From the NCBI GenBank assembly GCA_036274355.1, contig DASUFX010000042.1:1-39519 (forward strand): 39,519 bases of DNA, given 5' to 3'. The notes beneath the pieces are model-generated. The model was not told the origin of the DNA. It saw nothing but the letters and a program-made list of their open reading frames with translations, and did not search any database. The first letter of the stretch is position 1, and every line of letters starts with the position of its first letter. This document shows, piece after piece, positions 28,266-35,952 of the stretch. Origin of the DNA: Kofleriaceae bacterium (GTDB taxonomy: Bacteria > Myxococcota_A > Polyangia > Haliangiales > Haliangiaceae). The translations under genes and the position numbers were made by a program.

Positions 28266-30330
28266 AGGACGGCGTGACCGTGCCGCCATCGCCATCGACC
28301 GTCACGATCATTCCATCGCTGAGCTTCGTCCATGCGTCGCGACAACCGACGACGCACGGGATCCCGAGCTCGCGCGCGAGTGCGGCGCCATGATCGAGCA
28401 AGCCTCCGGTTTCGCTGACGAGTGCCGCACAACCGGCGACGAGCACGGCAAGCGCTGGCGTAACTGCGCGAGTTACGACGACGTCGCCGGAACCGACCGC
28501 GATCGCGCTCGCCAGTGAGGCGAACCGCACGACGCGGCCGGCGACGCGCGCGCCAGTACCGACACCACGCAATGACGGACCCGGTTTGGCGGCATCGCCA
28601 CCAACCACGATCGGCATCTCCCACTGTGCAGCGCGTTCAGCGGCCGCGCGGGCGCCCGCGGCGCGGCGATGGGCGTCATCTGGATCGAACGCTGTCGCCG
28701 CGATGGTCTCGTCGAGCGGGAGCCAGAAGATGTCGTCACCACGCAACTTCAGCTCGCTGCTGCGGGCCAACAGCGCGCGACGTACGATCCATTGCGCACG
28801 CGCGAACAGCATGTCGTCGCGCTCGGCCAGATCCGCGGCGACTCGCGCGATGTCGACCTCGACCGCGTGCTCGGCAAACAGAGCCGGATTCGGAACCGCC
28901 GGTTGTTCGCCGGTCTTGCGGTCGTCGCGAGCCCGCTCCTGCTGCGTGAGCTTGGCGCGCGCGATCGCATCCCGCAGTAATCCCGGTCGCTCAGCATACG
29001 TTGGCGCGACCACGTCCCACGCAGGAGCGAGCACGCCGAGTCGGGCTTCGACAACATCGTCATCGAGGTCGCCGCGCGCGGCTGCCCGCAGTGTTGCCTC
29101 GACGGTCGATGCCGGCCGCTCGACCAGCGACGCCGCGATCGCATCCGGGTGGGCCGAGCCATGGGCGCGTAACTTCGCGGGCAACATCGCGCGCGCCGCG
29201 CTGATCAGCGGCGACAGCTCGCGCGCCCAGATCGCGTAGAACGCGAGGTAGCGCTCGACCGCTTCGGCGAGTGGCAGTGGCTTGCCGCCGTCGACGAGCG
29301 TCCGCTCGAGTCGCGCTTGCAGCTCGGTCGCATGCGCGATCAGCTCAGCCGCGTCGCGCACGATCGGTAGCTCCTCGCCGCGCGGAGCCGAGTACAAGAA
29401 CCCGGCGCAGATGCGCAGCGACCATGGTGCGATGCCTGCGCGCTCGACGCGCTCGACGAGGCCCTGCTGCGCGACCGATAGCGGATCGGGGTTGTGTGCG
29501 ACATCCCAGGTCCACGTGCGGCCGTCGGCAAGTGGTGCGATCACGGCGGGCGGCGGCGCCGCAAGTGTGCGCGTCGTCGGATGCACGATCGGCCGTGCCT
29601 GCACGATCATCGTCTCGATCGCGACGTCGAACCCACTCTGCTTGCGGAGCTGTACCAGCTCGACGTCGACGCCGTGCGGCTGATCGAGCGCGGTCTCGGC
29701 GCGCAGGGCGAGCACCGCCGCATGCTGATGTTCGATCTCGCGCGGTAGGTCATCACGCGAGTGCCGGGTGACGTGATCGTGATGCTGGATCAAGATTTCG
29801 CGCGACGCCGGCTGACCGGGCGGCCGCGTGTAGACGACGAGCGGCGTCCCCGATACGTACTCCTGCACGATCACGCCGATCGCAATCGTGCCGCCACGCC
29901 GCAGCGCATAGGCCGCGGCCAGCGGAGTAAGCGCGCTCTGCCAGACCGCGCGAATCGCATCCCACACTTCGTCGACCGGCACCGCGGTGCGCGACGAAAA
30001 CACACCGGCCGCCGAGCCCGCTGCGCCGTCCTCGATCGTCGCCGACGACCGCACCATCACGACGTGGCCGAGCTCGTGTGCGCGCGAGCCGACCGCATCG
30101 AGTAGCTCGGGCGGCAGCCTCGCGATCGCGATTCGTTGCGCGGCTTCCTCGAGCACGTGGCCGATGTGAGCGGTGTCGGTAATCGCGAGCTCGCCGACGA
30201 CGCTGCGAAATGCGCGGTCGTCGATCACGAACCCGGGAGGGACTGGCAACCCGGCCGCGAGAAGCCGGCCCAGCCCCACAGCTTTCCCGCCGCAGCTCGC
30301 GTCCGCGTCCCGCAGGTCGTGCACCCACAT
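28255..30330 (-). CDS. PEP/pyruvate-binding (PPDK_N ATP-grasp) plus PEP-utilising mobile His-domain phosphotransferase
   Basis: N-terminus GGKAVGLGRLLAAGLPVPPGF and VMVRSSATIEDGAAGSAAGVF. C-terminal swivel domain ETGGLLDHGAALARELGIPCVVG. I start at ATG 30330 (MWVHDL) rather than the track start at 30405. Confidence 0.85.
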   Translation of the reverse strand: MWVHDLRDADASCGGKAVGLGRLLAAGLPVPPGFVIDDRAFRSVVGELAITDTAHIGHVLEEAAQRIAIARLPPELLDAVGSRAHELGHVVMVRSSATIEDGAAGSAAGVFSSRTAVPVDEVWDAIRAVWQSALTPLAAAYALRRGGTIAIGVIVQEYVSGTPLVVYTRPPGQPASREILIQHHDHVTRHSRDDLPREIEHQHAAVLALRAETALDQPHGVDVELVQLRKQSGFDVAIETMIVQARPIVHPTTRTLAAPPPAVIAPLADGRTWTWDVAHNPDPLSVAQQGLVERVERAGIAPWSLRICAGFLYSAPRGEELPIVRDAAELIAHATELQARLERTLVDGGKPLPLAEAVERYLAFYAIWARELSPLISAARAMLPAKLRAHGSAHPDAIAASLVERPASTVEATLRAAARGDLDDDVVEARLGVLAPAWDVVAPTYAERPGLLRDAIARAKLTQQERARDDRKTGEQPAVPNPALFAEHAVEVDIARVAADLAERDDMLFARAQWIVRRALLARSSELKLRGDDIFWLPLDETIAATAFDPDDAHRRAAGARAAAERAAQWEMPIVVGGDAAKPGPSLRGVGTGARVAGRVVRFASLASAIAVGSGDVVVTRAVTPALAVLVAGCAALVSETGGLLDHGAALARELGIPCVVGCRDAWTKLSDGMIVTVDGDGGTVTPSSDR

Positions 30331-30353
30331 GCAAAGCACAGTACGATCGTTTC

Positions 30354-31139
30354 GTGCGTCTGGCTGTGATTGTCTCGTTGTTCGCGCTAACTGCGGCAAC
30401 GGCACGCGCCGACGACAGCAAGCTCGCGAAAGAAGACGTCCCGCTCCAGGCGAAGGCGACTCTGCGCGGCAAGAACAAGCTGTGCTGCGGCTACCCGCTC
30501 GTCGACGACATGCAGTGGGCGCTCAGGTTCTACTGGATGGTCCTCGAATCCGATTACGACGAGCCGGCCAGCCCGAACGTGCCGCGTAGCGGCCGCGGCA
30601 AGGAGCAGGTCAGCGAGACCGCGCGCGTCGACGTGTACACGCCACTCGGATTCTTCCTCGGCCGCATGTCCGAGAAGTTTGCCTGGGCGCTGCGCCTCGA
30701 AGGCTCGGGCCTCATGGCGGACGGTCGCGTCATCAACTATGCCGGCAAGTGCGACGTTGGCTATGCGACGAAGGTGGCGGGCCAACCGATCAAGGCGACC
30801 TGCTTCGAGCAGCTCGACGTCGAGCAGTTTCCGTTCGGGCGTGGCGCCGGGTTCCGGCCGCTCATTCCGTTCAAGTCGGTCGCGATCGATCCGCGCCTCG
30901 TGCCGCTCGGCGAGCCGCTCTACATTCCGGAGTTCGACGGCATGATGCTCCCGGACGGCTCGATCCACGACGGCTGCGTTCGCGCCGACGACACGGGCGG
31001 CGGCATCAAGAAGCGCAAGATGGACTTCTTCGTCGTCACCTACGGCAACTTCCGCTTCTTGCTCGACCAGCTACAGGGCGTCACGTGGATCACGCCGCAC
31101 GTCGAGGCGCCGCGCTGCGAGTACCTCCGCGAACGCTAA
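30354..31139 (+). CDS. Secreted 3D-domain (MltA-like) protein
   Basis: GTG 30354 (VRLAVIVSLFALTAATARA, signal peptide) inside track ORF 30210..31139. 3D-domain motif SVAIDPRLVPLGEPLYIPEF...VRADDTGGGIKKRKMDFFV. Confidence 0.8.
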   Translation: MRLAVIVSLFALTAATARADDSKLAKEDVPLQAKATLRGKNKLCCGYPLVDDMQWALRFYWMVLESDYDEPASPNVPRSGRGKEQVSETARVDVYTPLGFFLGRMSEKFAWALRLEGSGLMADGRVINYAGKCDVGYATKVAGQPIKATCFEQLDVEQFPFGRGAGFRPLIPFKSVAIDPRLVPLGEPLYIPEFDGMMLPDGSIHDGCVRADDTGGGIKKRKMDFFVVTYGNFRFLLDQLQGVTWITPHVEAPRCEYLRER

Positions 31140-31594
31140 AGGTGCGAGACGATGCCGCTCGTCACCACGACGCGGCCGGCGTGACGCTGCTCGATTTCGG
31201 AGAGGCCCGCACACAGCGCGCGACGACTTGCTTCCGGTGCATGGCCACGATCGACGAACACCAGTACGCCGCCGTCGCGGACCACACGCGTCCAATCCTT
31301 GAGCGTGATCTCCCAGCCATCATCCGTGGCGATATCAACGCCAATGACCGCCGCTAGCGATCGATCTTCGATCGATGACAGATCGGCCAACGCATTCGTC
31401 AGCTTTTTCGCCGCGCGCTCGGACAGTCCGATCGGCACGACATTTCGCTTCGCGTCGCGTAACGCGGTGACGAGCTTCGCGTTGCCGATCACCGCGAGCT
31501 TGCCATCAGCATGCGCGGTCGCGAGCGCTTCGCCGATCGCAGTCACCGCGGGGGTCACGAACAGGCCATCCAACACGGGCCACTCACATACCAC
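31136..31594 (-). CDS. Hypothetical protein (152 aa)
   Basis: Coding-like bias and a GTG start. It sits downstream of PBP1A on the same strand. I can defend no motif. Confidence 0.55.
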   Translation of the reverse strand: MVCEWPVLDGLFVTPAVTAIGEALATAHADGKLAVIGNAKLVTALRDAKRNVVPIGLSERAAKKLTNALADLSSIEDRSLAAVIGVDIATDDGWEITLKDWTRVVRDGGVLVFVDRGHAPEASRRALCAGLSEIEQRHAGRVVVTSGIVSHL

Positions 31595-31679
31595 GAACGG
31601 ACCCAGAGACTGCGATCATCCGAATGGGCCCGACGTCCGATGCCCTACTGAGGCCGGAGGTCAGAGGCCTCTGGCCCTG

Positions 31680-34229
31680 CTACACCGGTGGCCGGTCGTC
31701 CGCGCCGGTGTCGGCGTCTCGCTTCGGCGAGTGCCAGATCAGATCCATCTGCGGACCCTTTTCGCCCTTGGAGTGATCGCCGCGATCACCCGGCTTCACA
31801 CCGGGCGGCGTCTCCCACGGGATCTTGGGGTTCGGATAGCCCTTCGCTGCCTCGTACATGTACCGCGCCCACAGCGGGACCACCGTCATGTACGCGGCGT
31901 CTTTCTTGCCGAGTGCACGCTGCTTCTTGTCGTCGCCCATCCACACCACCGTCGTGAACTTCGACGTGTAGCCGATGAACCAGTTGTCGTGCGTCGCGCT
32001 CGACGTGCCGGTCTTGCCGGCGGCGATCAGCCCGGTCGCGCGAAGGATGTTCGCGAAGCCAAACTCGACTTCCGACGCGAGCAGCTTCGACGTCAAGAAC
32101 GCCGATCGCGCCGGAATGGCCTCCTTCGGCTGGATGCCGGCAAGCACGGCGAACCGATCGAACCGATCGCCGAGGCCGAGCTGCGGATCCTCGATCGCCG
32201 TGTTGTCTTCGATCGTGTTGCCGTCGCGATCGAGAATGCGCCGCACGTAGATCCAATCCTTCTCTTGGCCGACCGGGCGCGGCCACCACTTGCCGTTGCG
32301 CGCAAAGATCGTGAACGCACGCGCCATCTCGTCGACCTTCGTGCACGACGCGCCGAGCGCGAGCGCATCGTCGGGGATGATCTTCGTCGTGAAGCCGAGC
32401 CGGCGCGCCCATTTCTCGACGTTCTTCGCGCCCAGCCGCTTGAACAGATCGATCGAGGGCACGTTCTTCGAGAACACGAGCGCGTACTCGAGCGAGACGT
32501 TGCCGTCCTGCGTGTCGCCGAGGTTCGTCGGCGTCCAGATCGCGCCGGTGTCGGGATCGACGATCTGGACCGGAATATCGTTGAGCACCGTGTCGAAGCC
32601 GTAGCCCTCGTCGAGACCGAGTGCGTAGTAGATCGGCTTGTACGTCGACCCTGGCTGCCGGCACGCCTGCACGGCGCGGTTGAACACCGAGCGGTCGTAG
32701 TCGTAACCGCCCACCATCGCGACGACGTAGCCGGTGCGGTGATCACCCGTGAAGATCGTCGTCTGCGGATGCGGTACCTGCTCGAGCCGCACGACGTCGG
32801 TGTGGGCCTCGTCCCAGTCCTTCTGGTTGTCCGAGTACACCCACGACGGGTTGATCTTGTCGGGCAGGCCGTACTCGCGAAACTTCTCGATCGTCTTCGT
32901 CTCGCGCGACACCCACACGACGTAGCCGGACTTGAGCGCCTCGCGCGGGCTCTCGATCGTCTTGTCGTTCTCGGCGTTGCCGGCTTCCCACTTCGCCGCC
33001 CAGCTCATGCCGCGCATCGGCAGCGTGACGCGCTTGTCGCCGATCAGCAGCTCGGCCTTGTCGTCGCCAACTTTGTCGACGAGCGCGAGGTAGCGCTTGC
33101 CACGCACGAGCGGGCCGTTGCCGTAGAGCTGCTTCTGGCGCTCGAGGAACGTCGCGCGTGCGGCGCCGTCGATGCGCCACTCGGGGCCGCGCCAGCCTTG
33201 CCGCTTGTCCTGGTTGTGCGCGCCGTAGTCGGCGTTCGCGTACGCGGCGGCTTCCCAGGTCGGCTCGGCGGCGGTCTCGACGCGCAGCCCTTCGCTCTGC
33301 AGCGCGTAGCGTTCGGTCATGTAGCGACGAATCTGCTCGGCGTAGTACGGCATGCGATCCGGAAACACGTCGCGATACATGTCGAGCTTGATCGGCGTTG
33401 CTTTGGCCTTGTCGACGTCAGCGCGCGACGCGAAGCCGTACAGCGCCATCTTCTCGAGCACGATATTGCGGCGGTCGGTCGCGACTTTCGGGCGGTGCAC
33501 GGGCGAGTACGCGGTTGGCGCCTTCGCGAGGCCCGCGATCATCGCGCACTCGTCGAGCGTCAGCTGATCGAGGTCTTTCTGGAAGTAGCGGCGCGCGGCG
33601 GCGGCGACGCCCCAGGCGCCTGCGCCCAGATAGATGTGATTGAGGTAGACCGCGAGGATCGCGCGCTTGGAGTACGTCGCTTCGAGGCGGCGGGCGAGGA
33701 TCGCTTCCTTCGCTTTGCGCGAGAGCGATTTCTCGGAGCCGAGGAACTGCTTGGCCACCTGCTGCGTGATCGTCGAGCCGCCCTGCGCGAAGTCGCCGGC
33801 GGTGATGTTCGTCCACACCGCGCGGGCGATGCCCTTGAAGTAGAGGCCGCGGTGGTTGAAGTAGTCGTGATCCTCGACCGCGAGGAACGCGTCGACGAGC
33901 TGCTTTGGAATCGCCTCGTACGGAACGACCTCGCGCCACTCCTGCGCGAACTCGCCGAGCAGGGTGCCGTCGGCGGCGTACATGCGCGACACGGCCGGCA
34001 CCGTCTTCGAGTACGCGGCCAGGTCGTGCCGCGTGCCCGGGCCGACGTCATCCGTCCGGACCGAGAAATAGCTGTAGAGGATGAAGCCGAACAGCGCGGT
34101 CGCTGTCACACCGACCAGCGCGGCAAATCCGTAGAGCTTGCCGATCCAGTACGCGATGCCACCGTCTGCCCGGTTCGCGATCGCTACTCGGCTGCGGTCG
34201 TGAATCGGAGACACAGCAGGCTCAGACAC
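31680..34229 (-). CDS. mrcA: Bifunctional class A penicillin-binding protein (glycosyltransferase plus transpeptidase), PBP1A-type
   Basis: GT51 motifs (EDHDYFNHRG, GGSTITQQVAKQ, RKAKEAILA). Transpeptidase motifs STYKP, SKN and KTGTS. N-terminal TM anchor. GTG start. Confidence 0.92.
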   Translation of the reverse strand: MSEPAVSPIHDRSRVAIANRADGGIAYWIGKLYGFAALVGVTATALFGFILYSYFSVRTDDVGPGTRHDLAAYSKTVPAVSRMYAADGTLLGEFAQEWREVVPYEAIPKQLVDAFLAVEDHDYFNHRGLYFKGIARAVWTNITAGDFAQGGSTITQQVAKQFLGSEKSLSRKAKEAILARRLEATYSKRAILAVYLNHIYLGAGAWGVAAAARRYFQKDLDQLTLDECAMIAGLAKAPTAYSPVHRPKVATDRRNIVLEKMALYGFASRADVDKAKATPIKLDMYRDVFPDRMPYYAEQIRRYMTERYALQSEGLRVETAAEPTWEAAAYANADYGAHNQDKRQGWRGPEWRIDGAARATFLERQKQLYGNGPLVRGKRYLALVDKVGDDKAELLIGDKRVTLPMRGMSWAAKWEAGNAENDKTIESPREALKSGYVVWVSRETKTIEKFREYGLPDKINPSWVYSDNQKDWDEAHTDVVRLEQVPHPQTTIFTGDHRTGYVVAMVGGYDYDRSVFNRAVQACRQPGSTYKPIYYALGLDEGYGFDTVLNDIPVQIVDPDTGAIWTPTNLGDTQDGNVSLEYALVFSKNVPSIDLFKRLGAKNVEKWARRLGFTTKIIPDDALALGASCTKVDEMARAFTIFARNGKWWPRPVGQEKDWIYVRRILDRDGNTIEDNTAIEDPQLGLGDRFDRFAVLAGIQPKEAIPARSAFLTSKLLASEVEFGFANILRATGLIAAGKTGTSSATHDNWFIGYTSKFTTVVWMGDDKKQRALGKKDAAYMTVVPLWARYMYEAAKGYPNPKIPWETPPGVKPGDRGDHSKGEKGPQMDLIWHSPKRDADTGADDRPPV

Positions 34230-34286
34230 AGCCGATGGATTCTAGCCATCCCACGCCCGAAAGCAGCAAGTGCTAGGCTCTGTCTG

Positions 34287-34745
34287 ATGCGCCTTCTGTG
34301 GGTATTCGTCGTCGGAATCGCGGCATTTGGCTGCAAGGACAAGCAGCCCGCGAAATCTGCCGACCCGGCACCCAAAGGAACCACACCCACAACTCCCGGA
34401 TCTCCCACGAGTGCGGCGGTGTCTCAGCCCAGATCCGCAGCGCCAACGCTTCCAGCCGACGAATTATTCGCCAAAGAGAGCACCGATTCGGAGTGGGCGC
34501 CTGGTGCCGAGCGTGCGGTCCGCGCGGTCGCGCCCGAGCTCGAGGACCTCGCGTGCAAGCACGATCAGTGTCGGGCCACGGTTGTCGCGACCAACGAGAC
34601 CGAGCTCATGGCCGCGGTCGACAAGCTCCAGACGCCCGAGTCATTGCTCGGTGTGCCGGAAGCGAAGTCGATCAAGCTCACGCAGCCGGTGCAAAGCGGC
34701 AACGGCTACACGATGACGATCTACATCCGCTTTGATCGCGAATAA
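34287..34745 (+). CDS. Lipoprotein of unknown function
   Basis: This is the tail of track ORF 31299..34745, starting at ATG 34287 (MRLLWVFVVGIAAFGCKD, lipobox). A Pro/Thr linker precedes a roughly 100-aa domain. Confidence 0.65.
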   Translation: MRLLWVFVVGIAAFGCKDKQPAKSADPAPKGTTPTTPGSPTSAAVSQPRSAAPTLPADELFAKESTDSEWAPGAERAVRAVAPELEDLACKHDQCRATVVATNETELMAAVDKLQTPESLLGVPEAKSIKLTQPVQSGNGYTMTIYIRFDRE

Positions 34746-34752
34746 CTCGGCG

Positions 34753-35406
34753 CTACGCGAGCGCGAGGTCTGCGATCGCGCTGTCACCGCTGATCTGCGT
34801 CAGGCACCGGACGAGGTGCGCGCGGATCTTGTGCTTCTTCGAGTAGACCGTCTTGAGGCTGATCTGCATCTCGGCGGCGATCTCGTCGGCCTCGAGGCCC
34901 TTCTGGTAGTAGAGCTCGACGAACGTGCGGTCCTTGTCCGTGAACTCGGCGAGCAAACCGTTCAGGTGATCCCAGCGCTCCTTCTCGATCAGCTGATCGA
35001 GCGGCGTGCGATCGCACTCTTCGTGCGGATCGAGCGCGCCATCGACCTTGTCGAGCAGCGGGCGACGGCCGGCACAGCGCAAGAAGTCGTAGGCCGCGTT
35101 GACCGAGATCATGCCGATCCACGAACCGAGCTTCGTGCCGCGCGCCGGGTTGTAGATGCGGAGCTTGTGCATGTCGTCGCGGACGAGCTGCATCATGACG
35201 TCGGCGTAAATCTCATCGAGGTCCGCGTTGCCCAGCGTGGGGGCGTACTTCAGCGTGACCTTGGTGATGCAGCGATAGATGAGCGGGCGATAACGGCGAA
35301 CCAGCTCCGACCAGCCACGGGCGTCGCTACGCAGAACCCACTTGAGCAACTCGCGGTCGGTCCACTCCGTTGGGTTTTTGCTGGTAGCGCGGGCGAGAAG
35401 AGCCAT
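34753..35406 (-). CDS. Sigma-70 family (ECF-like) RNA polymerase sigma factor with no adjacent anti-sigma gene
   Basis: Region 2-like (WSELVRRYRPLIYRCI...LGSWIGMISVNAAYDFLR) and region 4-like (FTDKDRTFVELYYQKGLEADEIAAEMQISLKTVYSKKHKIRAHL) segments. RBS GGAGGA lies 4 nt before the ATG. Confidence 0.85.
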   Translation of the reverse strand: MALLARATSKNPTEWTDRELLKWVLRSDARGWSELVRRYRPLIYRCITKVTLKYAPTLGNADLDEIYADVMMQLVRDDMHKLRIYNPARGTKLGSWIGMISVNAAYDFLRCAGRRPLLDKVDGALDPHEECDRTPLDQLIEKERWDHLNGLLAEFTDKDRTFVELYYQKGLEADEIAAEMQISLKTVYSKKHKIRAHLVRCLTQISGDSAIADLALA

Positions 35407-35435
35407 TGGTTCCTCCTGGTGGGTCGACCCTTAGA

Positions 35436-35450
35436 GCAACGCCGGTGCCA
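35436..35450 (-). promoter_or_regulatory. Sigma54 (RpoN) -24/-12 promoter element
   Basis: The minus strand reads TGGCAC CGGCG TTGC (35450..35436). The GG and GC dinucleotides have the exact consensus spacing. It sits 29 nt upstream of ATG 35406. It is the only such match I found in the window. Confidence 0.55.
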
Positions 35451-35643
35451 CGCCTAACCGACTGAATTTTCAGGCTCTGCTCCGGCACCCACAGGTGGCC
35501 TCCACCAAACATTGGTGAAATCGACCAGCGGGAGGAAGCAAGCCGTGATCGGCGACGTACTAATCACTCCCGCCGCGACGAATGTGCCTTAGTTCCGTGT
35601 CCGGTCACCGGCCACACGCATCGGTGGTCGTACCATCCGCGCC

Positions 35644-35805
35644 ATGTTCGGACCGCACGATGGCCGGCGTGTAGACGTTCACCCGTACCGCCGGATGATG
35701 ACGTTTCTGATCCGCGGGCGAAACGAGTCCGCGGTCTATTTCGAGCAGCGGCTCGATGTGTCGCGCGCGCAAGCGTGGCTCGATCAGGCGAACCACCGCG
35801 CCGTA
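35644..35805 (+). pseudogene. Possible N-terminal gene relic (about 53 coding-like codons)
   Basis: MFGPHDGRRVDVHPYRRMMTFLIRGRNESAVYFEQRLDVSRAQAWLDQANHRA has high third-position GC. The bias then collapses, and the rest of the track ORF is a shadow frame antisense to glpK. The family assignment comes from memory only (see finding). Confidence 0.2.
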
Positions 35806-35952
35806 AGCCCTCCGTCGAGAACACGGAGTCGAACATTGCACCCGCTGTCGCAGGCCAATCGCCGAACGCGCAGCCCGCGAGCGCCGCTTCGGCGGTTGGC
35901 AGGTGCTCTGCCTCGATTGTGCTCTCGACGATCCGCCGGCGACCGACTAGCG

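Noticed and set aside
31650-31671. A GAGGCC...GGCCTC 6-bp stem with a 10-nt loop between PBP1A and the downstream 152-aa gene, considered as a terminator or attenuator.
   Set aside because: The stem is short, the loop is large and there is no U-tract. It is indistinguishable from chance in GC-rich DNA.
31299-34286. The first roughly 995 codons of the 1148-aa plus-strand ORF 31299..34745.
   Set aside because: This part is antisense to PBP1A and is composition-driven. Only the last 152 codons, from ATG 34287, form a credible lipoprotein gene with a signal peptide and lipobox.
35545-35592. A 15-codon micro-ORF (VIGDVLITPAATNVP) with a strong GGGAGGAAG Shine-Dalgarno-like sequence 6 nt upstream.
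   Set aside because: It is too short to evaluate, it is on the strand opposite both flanking genes, and it has no supporting context. It would only be worth revisiting if ribosome profiling shows occupancy.
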